Shown: positions 1 through 9,582 of the stretch, piece after piece
How the letters are laid out: every line of letters starts with the position of its first letter
Position numbering within the stretch: position 1 is the first letter of the stretch
Notes under the pieces: generated by a model
What the model saw: the letters and a program-made list of their open reading frames with translations, nothing else
Databases searched by the model: none
Told to the model about the DNA's origin: nothing
Position numbers and translations under genes: made by a program
From: Parasynechococcus marenigrum WH 8102
GTDB taxonomy: Bacteria; Cyanobacteriota; Cyanobacteriia; PCC-6307; Cyanobiaceae
Direction of reading: 5' to 3'
Length of the DNA stretch: 32,000 nucleotides
NCBI RefSeq assembly: GCF_000195975.1
Contig: NC_005070.1
Coordinates: 2,400,001 to 2,432,000, forward strand

Positions 1-1
1 G

Positions 2-412
2 TTTGGACGTCAACCAAATCGACTGGAACTGGCCAGTGCCATGGGCATTGAGCCGCGCGAACTGGAGGATCTGATCTCCCAGAGCGCTCCCTGTGCATCG
101 CTCGATGCCCATGCCCGCGGCGAGGAAGACCGCAGCACCCTCGGTGAGCTGATTCCAGACCCCAACGGTGAGGAGCCGATGGAAGGCATGGACCGCAGCA
201 TCCAAAAGGAGCATCTTGGTGGTTGGCTGTCCCAGCTCAATGAGCGGGAACAGAAGATCCTGCGTCTTCGCTTCGGTCTTGGCGGTGAAGAGCCGCTGAC
301 CCTTGCGGAGATCGGGCGTCAGATCAATGTGTCCCGCGAGCGGGTTCGTCAGCTGGAAGCCAAGGCCATCCTCAAGCTGCGCTTGATGACCGATCACCAG
401 CAGGCCGCCTGA
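2..412 (+). CDS. RNA polymerase sigma-70 family factor, C-terminal part (5' end lies upstream of the window)
   Basis: The frame is open from the window edge (FGRQPNRLELASAMGIEPRELEDL...). It carries a region 4.2 helix-turn-helix signature, LTLAEIGRQINVSRERVRQLEAKAILKLR. Stop TGA at 410-412. Confidence 0.85.
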   Translation, partial: FGRQPNRLELASAMGIEPRELEDLISQSAPCASLDAHARGEEDRSTLGELIPDPNGEEPMEGMDRSIQKEHLGGWLSQLNEREQKILRLRFGLGGEEPLTLAEIGRQINVSRERVRQLEAKAILKLRLMTDHQQAA

Positions 413-429
413 TCCAAGCCTCCAGTCCG

Positions 430-1080
430 GTGGTACATCTGATCGGACCCATCGCCATCTCTCTATGGCTCGGGATCGTGGTGCTGATCGCCGTGCTGAC
501 TCGTCAGCGCTGGCCCGATCAGCAGGAGTTGTCTCGCAAAATCATCCACATCGGCACAGGAGCCGTGGTTCCTCTGGCCTGGTTCTTCGCCATCCCGGCC
601 TGGATCGCCGTTCCCTTTGCCGTGTTGGTGACCCTGGCAACGGCGATCAACCACCGATGGCGCATCGTTCCGGCCGTTGAGGATGTCAATCGCAACAGCT
701 ACGGCACTGTTGCCTACGGCCTGGCAATCACCATGCTGCTGATTCTGTGCTGGCCCGCCCGAGCCGATGCAGTCTGCGCCGGTGTTCTTGTGATGGCACT
801 CGGCGATGGACTGGCAGGCCTCATCGGCCGATCGGTGAACTCAGCGCGGTGGACCGTGCTGGGACAGACGAAATCCGTCGCTGGCACGTTGACCATGGCC
901 CTGGTGTCAACGCTGGTGTTGGTCGGATTGATGCTGGTCAGCGGCAACGCCATCGGCTGGAGAGTTGCCTTAGGCATTAGTACGATGGCCACGGCCCTGG
1001 AACAAGTCAGTCCGGCGGGGGTGGACAACCTCAGCGTGCCGCTGCTGGTGGGCCTGACCTGGGTGTTGCTGATCAGCTGA
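430..1080 (+). CDS. Phytol kinase-like / dolichol-kinase-family CTP-dependent membrane kinase (VTE5-like)
   Basis: GTG start 18 nt after the sigma gene. The protein is multi-pass hydrophobic. Motifs SRKIIHIGTG, GDGLAGLIGR, KSVAGT and VDNLSVPL are typical of the CdsA/dolichol kinase/phytol kinase superfamily. The specific substrate is inferred. Confidence 0.6.
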   Translation: MVHLIGPIAISLWLGIVVLIAVLTRQRWPDQQELSRKIIHIGTGAVVPLAWFFAIPAWIAVPFAVLVTLATAINHRWRIVPAVEDVNRNSYGTVAYGLAITMLLILCWPARADAVCAGVLVMALGDGLAGLIGRSVNSARWTVLGQTKSVAGTLTMALVSTLVLVGLMLVSGNAIGWRVALGISTMATALEQVSPAGVDNLSVPLLVGLTWVLLIS

Positions 1081-1408
1081 CCCGCAGCATGGCGTTCCAG
1101 TGACCCTGCCAATCGCCACGACTTCCGAGCCCGGCGACGAGTTCAACGTCAACAGGGTGATGGGTGAGTTGCTTCTGCCATCCACGGATCTGGTCCTCCT
1201 GCTCCATCCAGCGGTTGATCACCATCTGCTGCAGTGGCTCGATGTCCCAGTGCTGGTAACGTGCAATCCGCTGGGACCAACACAGGAGTTCATCCAGCAG
1301 GAGGGGGCGAAAGCCTCCCACATGAAGACCCGTGCGTTGCTCCAGAGAAAACCGACACAGCGGATCTCCGAAGCCGAAGAAATGAAGGTGAATCAACATC
1401 GTCTCCAT
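1073..1408 (-). CDS. Hypothetical Trp-rich protein (about 111 aa from ATG 1408; the track ORF begins at TTG 1420)
   Basis: Open frame with globular-looking sequence (FGFGDPLCRFSLEQRTGLHVGGFRPLLLDELLCW...). An equally long ORF (1100-1435) lies on the + strand in the codon-aligned antisense frame. The minus strand is preferred because the many TGG (Trp) codons would otherwise force an unusual excess of CCA Pro codons in the + frame. No family recognised. Confidence 0.45.
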   Translation of the reverse strand: METMLIHLHFFGFGDPLCRFSLEQRTGLHVGGFRPLLLDELLCWSQRIARYQHWDIEPLQQMVINRWMEQEDQIRGWQKQLTHHPVDVELVAGLGSRGDWQGHWNAMLRVS

Positions 1409-1498
1409 CGTGATCAACAATCTACGGAGAAGTGATGGAAAAACTGTTCAACATGATCGGTTGATGCTCAACAGTTAGCAAGCGCAAAAGGAAATCCT

Positions 1499-1529
1499 GA
1501 TTAGCACTCAAGCCCTCGGAGTGCTAATC
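1499..1529 (-). terminator. Stem-loop 12 nt downstream of the DAHP synthase stop (11-bp perfect stem GATTAGCACTC/GAGTGCTAATC, 9-nt loop)
   Basis: Inverted repeat read directly: 1499-1509 pairs with 1519-1529. On the minus strand it is followed by AGGATTTCCTTTTGCG (T-rich). Confidence 0.6.
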
Positions 1530-1540
1530 AATGATGAACG

Positions 1541-2608
1541 TTATGCCGTCAAAGCGCTGCTGCGATCGGCCACGGCTGCAGCCAGCTGGGACAGCAGCGC
1601 ATCCGTGGTCTCCAGGCTGATGCAGGCATCCGTAATGCTCTGGCCATAGGTGAGCTGGGAGAGACCAGCGGTCAGTTTCTGATTGCCTTCCACCAGATGA
1701 CTTTCGATCATCACGCCCATCACATGGCCGGAACCAGCCTTCAACTGATCAGCCACCGTGGCGAGTACATCGGCCTGGCGGCGGAAATCCTTGTTCGAGT
1801 TGGCATGGCTGCAGTCCACCATCAGACGATCCTTCAGGCCCGCCTTGCTCAGTTCCGCTGCAGCAGCCTGAACGGCCTCCAGGTGGTAGTTGCTGCCCTG
1901 ATGACCGCCACGCAGCACTAGATGACCATCCGGGTTGCCAGTCGTGCTCACGATCGAGGCATGGCCGTCGTGGTTGATTCCCAGAAAATGATGAGGTTTC
2001 GATGCCGCCTGCATCGCATTGATGGCGATGCAGGCGCTGCCATCGGTACTGTTCTTGTAGCCGATCGGCATCGACAAGCCTGAAGCCATCTCCCGATGGG
2101 TCTGGCTTTCCGTGGTGCGGGCTCCGATCGCAGTCCAGCTGATCAGATCAGCGATGTACTGGGGAACCACCGGATCCAGCAGTTCCGTCGCTGCCGGCAT
2201 GCCCTCCCTGGACAGGTCCAGCAGTAAGCCACGAGCCCGCCTCAGGCCTGTGTTGATGTCGTACGAGCCATCGAGGTGGGGGTCATTGATGAGGCCTTTC
2301 CAACCAACCGTCGTACGCGGCTTTTCGAAATAAACCCGCATCACCACCTCCAGCTGATCCTTCAGCCGTTCCCGGATCGGGGCCAGCCGTTCGGCGTACT
2401 CCCGCGCCGCCTTCACATCGTGGACCGAGCAGGGGCCCACCACCACCAGCTGACGCTGATCATCGCCGCGCAAAATGGCCTGGATCCGACGACGGGCCGA
2501 TGCGACCGTCTCCGTGGCGGCGGCATCAATCGGCAGATCTCCGTGCAGCAGAGCCGGAGCCACCAGCGGACGGGTCTCCACCACATGCAAATCCGAGGTG
2601 GTGGCCAT
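1541..2608 (-). CDS. aroG: 3-deoxy-7-phosphoheptulonate (DAHP) synthase, class I (AroF/G/H type)
   Basis: Full-length similarity to class I-alpha DAHP synthases ([56 protein letters not shown]). ATG at 2608 ([10 protein letters not shown]) gives 355 aa. The track ORF extends to a TTG at 2632. Confidence 0.92.
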   Translation of the reverse strand: MATTSDLHVVETRPLVAPALLHGDLPIDAAATETVASARRRIQAILRGDDQRQLVVVGPCSVHDVKAAREYAERLAPIRERLKDQLEVVMRVYFEKPRTTVGWKGLINDPHLDGSYDINTGLRRARGLLLDLSREGMPAATELLDPVVPQYIADLISWTAIGARTTESQTHREMASGLSMPIGYKNSTDGSACIAINAMQAASKPHHFLGINHDGHASIVSTTGNPDGHLVLRGGHQGSNYHLEAVQAAAAELSKAGLKDRLMVDCSHANSNKDFRRQADVLATVADQLKAGSGHVMGVMIESHLVEGNQKLTAGLSQLTYGQSITDACISLETTDALLSQLAAAVADRSSALTA

Positions 2609-2704
2609 GACCGCGCGCGTGAAACGGACCAAGGCTACGCATCCTGCTCACTGGCAACAGACCCTGTCCGGAAGAATGGTGCTCTGCCCCGCACATTCCT
2701 CACC

Positions 2705-5287
2705 ATGCTGAGCGCGTATCGCGAGCTGGCCGCCGACCGCGAAGCCCAAGGCATCCCGGCCCTGCCGCTGACCGCTGAGCAGACCCAGGCCCTGACCGAA
2801 CTGCTGCAACAGCCACCCGCAGGGGAGGACGAAGCCCTGTTCCATCTCCTCAGTGAGCGCATTCCACCCGGCGTTGACGAAGCCGCTTATGTGAAAGCCA
2901 CCTGGCTCAGCGCCGTCGCCCAAGGGCAAGCAACAAGCCCCCTGGTGTCACCCCTGGAGGCCACTCGCCTACTCGGAACCATGGTGGGTGGTTACAACGT
3001 TGCAGCTCTGATTGAGCTGCTTCAGCACAGCGACGAGAAGCTGGCCAGCTGCGCGGCTGAAGGCCTCAGCCGCACCCTGCTGGTCTACGACGCCTTCAAT
3101 GACGTGATGGAGCTGGCGGCGAGCAATCGCTTCGCCAAGCAGGTGGTGGACAGCTGGGCGGCGGCCGAATGGTTCACCCGTCGTGAGCCCCTGGCCGAAA
3201 CGATCACGGTGACCGTGTTCAAGGTGGAAGGGGAAACCAACACCGACGACCTCTCACCCGCCACCCACGCCACCACCCGACCGGACATTCCCCTGCATGC
3301 CCTGGCGATGCTCGAGACCCGGGATCCCGAGGGTCTGAAAACGATCGCAACCCTCAAACAAAAGGGTCATCCCGTGGCCTACGTGGGCGACGTGGTAGGG
3401 ACCGGCAGCTCCAGGAAAAGTGCGATCAACTCCGTGCTCTGGCACACCGGCGACGACATTCCCCACGTCCCCAACAAACGCGGCGGCGGCGTGATTCTCG
3501 GCGGCAAGATCGCACCGATCTTTTTCAACACCGCCGAAGACTCCGGCGCTCTGCCGATCGAATGCGATGTCACCGTGCTGAACACCGGTGATGTGATCAC
3601 CATCCGCCCCCATGCCGGCACGATCGAACGCGATGGCGAGGTGGTGAGCCGGTTCGAACTCAAGCCCAGCACCATCAGCGATGAGGTGCGGGCCGGCGGC
3701 CGCATTCCCTTGATGATCGGCCGGGCCCTCACGGACAAGGTCCGAGCGCAGCTGGGTCTCGCCCCTTCCGACGCCTTCATCCGACCCTCGGCACCAGCGG
3801 ACACCGGCAAGGGCTTCACCCTGGCCCAGAAAATGGTGGGTAAAGCCTGCGGCCTGCCGGGCGTTCGCCCCGGCACCAGCTGCGAGCCAATGATGACCAC
3901 CGTCGGCTCCCAGGACACCACCGGACCGATGACCCGTGATGAGATGAAGGAGCTGGCCTGTCTCGGCTTCTCCTCCGACCTGGTGATGCAGAGCTTCTGC
4001 CACACCGCGGCTTACCCCAAACCAGTGGATCTGCACACCCAGAAGGATCTGCCGGACTTCTTTGCCCAGCGCGGCGGTGTTGCCCTTCGCCCAGGCGACG
4101 GGATCATCCACAGCTGGCTGAACCGCATGCTCCTGCCCGACAGCGTGGGCACGGGTGGGGACAGCCACACCCGCTTCCCCCTCGGCATTTCCTTCCCTGC
4201 TGGTTCCGGCCTGGTGGCCTTCGCTGCTGCCATCGGTGCGATGCCCCTGGACATGCCCGAGTCAGTGCTGGTGCGCTTCAGCGGTTCACTGCAGCCGGGT
4301 GTGACGCTGCGGGATGTGGTGAACGCCATTCCATGGGTGGCCATTCAGAAGGGTCTTCTCACAGTGGAGAAGGCCAACAAGAAGAACGTCTTCAACGGCC
4401 GGATCATGGAGATCGAAGGTCTGCCGGATCTCAAGCTGGAGCAAGCCTTTGAACTCACCGATGCCACCGCCGAACGCTCCTGCGCCGGCTGCACGATCAA
4501 GCTCTCGGAAGCAACCGTGAGCGAATACCTGCGCAGCAATGTGGCCCTGCTGAAAAACATGATTGCCAGGGGCTACAGCGATGCCAAAACCCTGGCTCGT
4601 CGGATCAAGGCCATGGAGGCCTGGCTGGCCAATCCGCAGCTGCTGAGCGCTGATCCAGATGCTCAATATGCCGAAGTCCTGGAGATCAACCTCGACGAGC
4701 TCACTGAACCGGTGCTGGCCTGTCCCAACGATCCCGACAACGTGAAACTGCTCAGCGAGGTCGCCGGCGATCCCGTTCAGGAGGTGTTCATCGGCTCCTG
4801 CATGACCAACATCGGCCACTACCGCGCCGCGGCCAAGGTGCTGGAGGGCTCGGGCAGCAACAAAGCCCGCCTCTGGGTCTGCCCGCCAACACGCATGGAC
4901 GAAGAGACCCTGAAGGCCGAGGGCTACTACGCCACCTTTGAAGCGGCCGGTTCGCGGATGGAGATGCCGGGTTGTTCGCTCTGCATGGGCAACCAGGCCC
5001 GGGTGGAGGACAACACCACGGTGTTCTCCACCAGCACCCGGAACTTCAACAACCGTCTGGGCAAAGGCGCCCAGGTTTATCTGGGCAGTGCCGAGCTGGC
5101 AGCGGTCTGCGCCCTGCTGGGTCGCATTCCCACCCCCGATGAGTACCACTCAATCGCCGCTGAAAAAATTGATCCGCTCTCGGATGAGCTTTACCGCTAC
5201 CTGAATTTCGATCAGATCAGCGGTTTCGAAGATCAAGGCCGGGTGATGAGTGCGGATGAAGAGGCGGCTGTGCTGGCTGAAGCCTGA
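2705..5287 (+). CDS. acnB: Aconitate hydratase B / 2-methylisocitrate dehydratase
   Basis: From ATG 2705 the protein (860 aa) is colinear with E. coli AcnB, from [26 protein letters not shown] to the C-terminus ([38 protein letters not shown]). The upstream 143 codons of the track ORF overlap aroG antisense and are not coding. Confidence 0.95.
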   Translation: MLSAYRELAADREAQGIPALPLTAEQTQALTELLQQPPAGEDEALFHLLSERIPPGVDEAAYVKATWLSAVAQGQATSPLVSPLEATRLLGTMVGGYNVAALIELLQHSDEKLASCAAEGLSRTLLVYDAFNDVMELAASNRFAKQVVDSWAAAEWFTRREPLAETITVTVFKVEGETNTDDLSPATHATTRPDIPLHALAMLETRDPEGLKTIATLKQKGHPVAYVGDVVGTGSSRKSAINSVLWHTGDDIPHVPNKRGGGVILGGKIAPIFFNTAEDSGALPIECDVTVLNTGDVITIRPHAGTIERDGEVVSRFELKPSTISDEVRAGGRIPLMIGRALTDKVRAQLGLAPSDAFIRPSAPADTGKGFTLAQKMVGKACGLPGVRPGTSCEPMMTTVGSQDTTGPMTRDEMKELACLGFSSDLVMQSFCHTAAYPKPVDLHTQKDLPDFFAQRGGVALRPGDGIIHSWLNRMLLPDSVGTGGDSHTRFPLGISFPAGSGLVAFAAAIGAMPLDMPESVLVRFSGSLQPGVTLRDVVNAIPWVAIQKGLLTVEKANKKNVFNGRIMEIEGLPDLKLEQAFELTDATAERSCAGCTIKLSEATVSEYLRSNVALLKNMIARGYSDAKTLARRIKAMEAWLANPQLLSADPDAQYAEVLEINLDELTEPVLACPNDPDNVKLLSEVAGDPVQEVFIGSCMTNIGHYRAAAKVLEGSGSNKARLWVCPPTRMDEETLKAEGYYATFEAAGSRMEMPGCSLCMGNQARVEDNTTVFSTSTRNFNNRLGKGAQVYLGSAELAAVCALLGRIPTPDEYHSIAAEKIDPLSDELYRYLNFDQISGFEDQGRVMSADEEAAVLAEA

Positions 5288-5301
5288 TCCCCCATCACCC
5301 C

Positions 5302-6747
5302 GTGCCCACCCTGAGCGAACCGAAACGACGACGCCACCTGCTGGGGTCCAGCCGCAGCATCCGGGGGTTGCTCGAACGCCGCTGGCTGGTGGTGGTTCTG
5401 GCGCTGGCGCTCACAGGCCTCGGTGCTGCCATCACTGGCCTGCTGTTCACCGGCGGCATCAACCTGCTCAAGGATTGGCGCCTGGAGTTGCTCAATGACT
5501 TTCCCGCCTGGGTGGTGCTGCCAGCTCTGGGGGGATTCGGCGGTTTGCTGTCCGGCTGGCTGATCAGCAATCTGGCGCCCGCTGCCGGTGGCGCCGGCAT
5601 CACCCAAATCATGGGATTTCTGCGCCACAGGGCCGTTCCCATGGGGCTACAGGTGGGACTGGTGAAGCTCGTCGCCGGAATCATCGCCATCGGCAGTGGC
5701 TTTCCCCTCGGCCCCGAAGGCCCCGCCGTTCAGATGGGTGGGTCCGTGGCCTGGCAGATGTCCCGCTGGCTGAAGGCACCCGCGGCCTTTCGCCGCATGA
5801 TCGTTGCCGCCGGGGGTGGCGCTGGTATCGCCGCCGTGTTCAGTGCACCGATCGGAGGTTTCATCTACGCGATCGAGGAGCTGCTGCACTCGGCCAGACC
5901 CGTGGTGCTGTTGCTGGTGCTGATCACCACCTTCTCCGCAGACACCTGGGCGGACGTGCTGGGTTTTCTCGGCCTCAACCCTGGATCGTCCGGCCTCAGC
6001 GGCAGCAGTGGCTTCCAACTGGAGCGCGCCTACACACCGCTGGTGAAATTCCTGCCCATCGATCTGCTGTATCTGATTGCGTTGGGAGCCGTCATCGGGG
6101 TGCTGGCAGAGCTGTACACCCGCTATGTGCTGGCCATGCAGCGCCAGGGGAACCGCTGGTTCGGAGACCGATTGATCCTGCGCATGACCCTCAGCGGGCT
6201 GGTGCTCGGCTGCGTCTATGCCGCCCTGCCCGACACCTTTCACAACCCATCGGAGTTAAAGCACCTGATTGCCGCGGGAAAAGCGGACGTCGGCCTCGCC
6301 CTCGCCAGCTTCGTGGTGCTGTTCTTCAGCACCGGACTGGCCGCCGGCTCAGGGGCCCCCGGGGGGTTGTTCATGCCGATGCTGACCCTGGGCGGTGCCA
6401 TCGGCCTGGCCTGTGGCATCGGGGTGGAAGCCCTCACAGGCCACGTCCCCACCACCTATGTATTTGCGGGCATGGGAGCCTTCGTGGCGGGGTGTTCCCA
6501 CACGCCGATCTCGGCGATGTTTCTGGCCTTTGCCCTCACCAAGGACCTGCTGATCCTCAAGCCGATCCTTGTCGCTTCTCTGATGAGCTTCCTGGTGGCC
6601 CGGTTGTTCAACCCCAACTCCATCTACGACCGTCAGATGGGGATGGAACTGGCGTCCGAAGAGCGGATGCAGCAGCGGATTAACCGTCATCGCCGTCCAT
6701 TCACACCGCCACCACCACCCTCCGGGCCCTCAGGAGGGATCAACTGA
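5302..6747 (+). CDS. ClC family voltage-gated chloride channel / H+-Cl- antiporter homologue
   Basis: GTG start. Multi-pass membrane protein with ClC selectivity-filter motifs GSGFPLGPEGPAVQMG, FSAPIGGFIYAIEEL and GGLFMPML. Pro-rich C-terminal tail. Confidence 0.9.
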   Translation: MPTLSEPKRRRHLLGSSRSIRGLLERRWLVVVLALALTGLGAAITGLLFTGGINLLKDWRLELLNDFPAWVVLPALGGFGGLLSGWLISNLAPAAGGAGITQIMGFLRHRAVPMGLQVGLVKLVAGIIAIGSGFPLGPEGPAVQMGGSVAWQMSRWLKAPAAFRRMIVAAGGGAGIAAVFSAPIGGFIYAIEELLHSARPVVLLLVLITTFSADTWADVLGFLGLNPGSSGLSGSSGFQLERAYTPLVKFLPIDLLYLIALGAVIGVLAELYTRYVLAMQRQGNRWFGDRLILRMTLSGLVLGCVYAALPDTFHNPSELKHLIAAGKADVGLALASFVVLFFSTGLAAGSGAPGGLFMPMLTLGGAIGLACGIGVEALTGHVPTTYVFAGMGAFVAGCSHTPISAMFLAFALTKDLLILKPILVASLMSFLVARLFNPNSIYDRQMGMELASEERMQQRINRHRRPFTPPPPPSGPSGGIN

Positions 6748-6803
6748 ATCAGGAAACCCTGCTGTTCGATCCGGCCACACCGGAACCCGATGCCCTCAAG
6801 GCC

Positions 6804-8381
6804 GTGCTGGCGTTTCCCAGCACCTATTCGGTGGGGATCACCAGCCTCGGATATCAGATCGTCTGGGCGACCTTGGCGCGTCGCAGCGATGTCGACGTGC
6901 GCCGGCTGTTCACCGATCAGGGTGATCCCCTGCCGCGACACTGCGATCTGTTCGGGCTGTCCCTGAGCTGGGAGCTGGATGGTCCAGTGTTGCCTGAGCT
7001 GCTGCAGAACCAGCGCATTCCCATCTGGGCTGTGGAGCGTGGCGATCAAGACCCGATCGTCTTCGGTGGCGGTCCTGTGCTGACCGCCAACCCTGAACCA
7101 CTGGCTCCCTTCTTTGATGTGGTGCTGCTCGGGGATGGGGAGCTGCTGCTGCCCGCCTTCATTGATGCTCTCCAGCAATGCCGAGGGGCTGACCGTCAGA
7201 CACGGCTGCGACACCTCGCTCAGGTGCCAGGGGTGTATGTACCCGCGCTCTACGCCCCGCAATACGACAGCGACGGCCAGTTGCAAGGGGTGAAACCGAT
7301 TCAGCCTGGGCTGCCGCAAACGATTGAAAAACAGACCTGGCGCGGCAACACCCTCAGCCACTCCACGGTGGTGACACCGGAGGCCGCCTGGCCGGACATC
7401 CACATGGTGGAAGTGGTGCGGAGTTGTCCTGAGCTGTGCCGCTTCTGTCTGGCCAGCTACCTCACCCTCCCCTTCCGCACACCATCGCTGGACGATGGTC
7501 TGATCCCGGCGGTGGAAAAGGGTCTGACCGCCACTAAACGGCTTGGACTGCTGGGTGCTTCGGTGACCCAGCACCCCCAGTTCTCCGATCTGCTGCATTG
7601 GTTGGATCAGGACCGCTTCGACGGCACGCGCATCAGCGTGAGTTCCGTGCGAGCCGCCACGGTCACTCCTGACCTGGGACGAATCCTGGCCAAACGGGGC
7701 AGTCGATCGCTCACGATTGCCATCGAAAGCGGCAGCGAACGCATGCGAGAGGTGATCAACAAAAAGCTCTCCACCGAAGCGATCCATGCCGCCGCCCAGC
7801 ACGCCAAACAAGGCGGCCTGTCAGGCTTGAAGCTCTACGGCATGGTTGGGCTGCCGACCGAGAGCGATGACGATGTTGACGCCACCGCCGATCTGCTGCT
7901 GACCCTGAAAAAAGGCACCCCTGGGCTGCGGTTCACCCTCGGCGTCAGCACCTTCGTTCCCAAAGCCCAGACCCCCTTCCAGTGGCAAGGGGTGCGGCCG
8001 GAAGCGGACAAACGCTTGAAACGGCTGGCGAAGAAAGTCAAACCCAAGGGCATTGAGTTCCGCCCGGAGAGCTACGGCTGGAGCGTGATCCAGGCCCTGC
8101 TGTCCCGCAGCGACCGACGCCTGGCCCCAGTGATCGCCGCCGTCGGCGACGCCCGCGAGAGCATCGGCGGATGGAAAAAGGCCTATCGAGCCGCCCTCAG
8201 CGGAGAGTTGGATCCCATTCCTGGCGACCCGTTACCTCAACCTCCCCCCTGGGATGAGGTGGTTCATGGGACCTGGGAACCCACCCGCGTTCTGCCCTGG
8301 ATCCACCTCAGGGGTCCGCTTGCTCCTGAGAAACTGCTCGAGCATCACGATCAGGCCCTGGTTCCTGGCACTGACGGCTGA
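6804..8381 (+). CDS. Radical SAM protein with N-terminal B12-binding-like domain (uncharacterised rSAM family, TIGR03960-like by recollection)
   Basis: CxxxCxxC cluster motif in VEVVRSCPELCRFCLASY. AFPSTYSVGITSLGYQIVW N-terminal signature and LKLYGMVGLPTESDDD. The start is uncertain: GTG 6804 is the first canonical start, but the frame is open from 6684. Confidence 0.85.
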   Translation: MLAFPSTYSVGITSLGYQIVWATLARRSDVDVRRLFTDQGDPLPRHCDLFGLSLSWELDGPVLPELLQNQRIPIWAVERGDQDPIVFGGGPVLTANPEPLAPFFDVVLLGDGELLLPAFIDALQQCRGADRQTRLRHLAQVPGVYVPALYAPQYDSDGQLQGVKPIQPGLPQTIEKQTWRGNTLSHSTVVTPEAAWPDIHMVEVVRSCPELCRFCLASYLTLPFRTPSLDDGLIPAVEKGLTATKRLGLLGASVTQHPQFSDLLHWLDQDRFDGTRISVSSVRAATVTPDLGRILAKRGSRSLTIAIESGSERMREVINKKLSTEAIHAAAQHAKQGGLSGLKLYGMVGLPTESDDDVDATADLLLTLKKGTPGLRFTLGVSTFVPKAQTPFQWQGVRPEADKRLKRLAKKVKPKGIEFRPESYGWSVIQALLSRSDRRLAPVIAAVGDARESIGGWKKAYRAALSGELDPIPGDPLPQPPPWDEVVHGTWEPTRVLPWIHLRGPLAPEKLLEHHDQALVPGTDG

Positions 8382-9582
8382 AAGCACAGAGCCCGGCGAG
8401 CAGGGTCCAGCCAAGGATGTTGAGACGGCTGTCAAACAGCGGCAGATCGGTGGCGTGCATTACCACCAACACCAACGTGGCAGCCCACCAGGCCCGCTCC
8501 AGCGGAGCCTTTTGCAGCATTCCACGTTGGGCGGCCAGCACCAGCAGGAACAGCACTGTGCCGACGATCAACAGCATCGCCGGCACTCCATGACTGACGG
8601 CCAGCTCCAGCGGCAGGTTATGGACATGGCCATGCCAGCGCTTTGCAGCATGGATGGGATAGAGAACGCTGAAGGCAGCAGCACCCCAGCCGAACCAAGG
8701 GCGGGCCGACACCAACTGCAGGGCGTACTGCCACTGACCCAAGCGGGTGTGTTTCCAGGCGGTTTCCCCCTGGCTTTCCAGCACCCGCACCAGCACCTGG
8801 TCCGGCAGCAAGCGCATTCCCCACTGCTGCAGACCGACAGGAACCCCCGGCAGAACAGCCAGCAGCAGGGGTGAGGCCAGGAGCAGCAGCAACGGCAGCA
8901 ACCACATCCACTGCCAAGGCCCGAGCACGAACGGCAGCGCCAGCACCAATCCACCCATGGCATTGCGCGACTGGGTGAGCAGCACTGCCAGCGCAGTGGC
9001 CATGGACAGCAACAGAGCGCCTCCGCGTCGTCGCCAGCCATCGGGGCGAAACACGGCAGCCAGCATCAACGGCCAGACCACTGCGAGCCAGGCGCCGGTG
9101 ATGTTGGCGTAATCGAACAGACCGGACAGACGACCGATCGGGCGGCCATCGGGATGCAGAAACCAGATGATCGCTCCGCCCCCCACCTGCCAAGGGCCCT
9201 GCCAACCCAGGAGCATCTGACCGAATCCCGTCACCAGAACAGGCAGCGTGCCCGCCAGCAACATCCACACCGCCTGGCGGCGTTGGCTGGCCTTCGCGAG
9301 GTGAGGTTGAAAGGCCCAGAACGCCCAGACAAAAGGTAACCAGTTGGCCAGACCTGCCCAAGCCAGGCCAACGTTCTCGGCCAGACAGGCCCCGATCAGC
9401 ATCAACAGCCCAGCCAGCAGCAGCGGCTGGCACCAACGATCCCGCCACAGCGGTTGCTCCCGACCACGACTTCCGCTGACGCAGGCGATCAACAGGCCAA
9501 TTCCCGCCAACAGAGCGCTGGAGGGCAGAAAGAACAACCCAAGCCGAAACGCCTGGCCCCCGATGCGCCGATCCCTGATCAC
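8308..9582 (-). CDS. O-antigen ligase / Wzy_C-family polytopic membrane protein
   Basis: About 10 hydrophobic segments. Wzy_C-type core LTQSRNAMGG ... ARPWFGWGAAAFSVLY ... HVHNLPLELAVSHG. The GTG start at 9582 overlaps the purU stop (GTGA). Confidence 0.8.
   Translation of the reverse strand: MIRDRRIGGQAFRLGLFFLPSSALLAGIGLLIACVSGSRGREQPLWRDRWCQPLLLAGLLMLIGACLAENVGLAWAGLANWLPFVWAFWAFQPHLAKASQRRQAVWMLLAGTLPVLVTGFGQMLLGWQGPWQVGGGAIIWFLHPDGRPIGRLSGLFDYANITGAWLAVVWPLMLAAVFRPDGWRRRGGALLLSMATALAVLLTQSRNAMGGLVLALPFVLGPWQWMWLLPLLLLLASPLLLAVLPGVPVGLQQWGMRLLPDQVLVRVLESQGETAWKHTRLGQWQYALQLVSARPWFGWGAAAFSVLYPIHAAKRWHGHVHNLPLELAVSHGVPAMLLIVGTVLFLLVLAAQRGMLQKAPLERAWWAATLVLVVMHATDLPLFDSRLNILGWTLLAGLCAFSRQCQEPGPDRDARAVSQEQADP

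Noticed and set aside
1444-1474. An imperfect inverted repeat CTGTTCAACAT ... ATGCTCAACAG in the AT-rich spacer upstream of ORF 1073-1408.
   Set aside because: Only 9 of 11 positions pair, with two internal mismatches, and there is no U-tract. It is too weak to call as a terminator or operator. The adjacent 11-bp perfect hairpin (1499-1529) is the credible structure.
2276-2704. N-terminal extensions of track ORFs: acnB from 2276, purU up to 10883, rpsF from 16493, aroG to 2632, sps to 24099 and argG to 18671.
   Set aside because: Alignment by eye to the known N-termini (MLSAYRE... for AcnB, the ACT domain start for Pur[14 protein letters not shown] for S6) puts the true starts downstream. 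The extensions overlap neighbouring real genes or begin at TTG just before a well-placed ATG.
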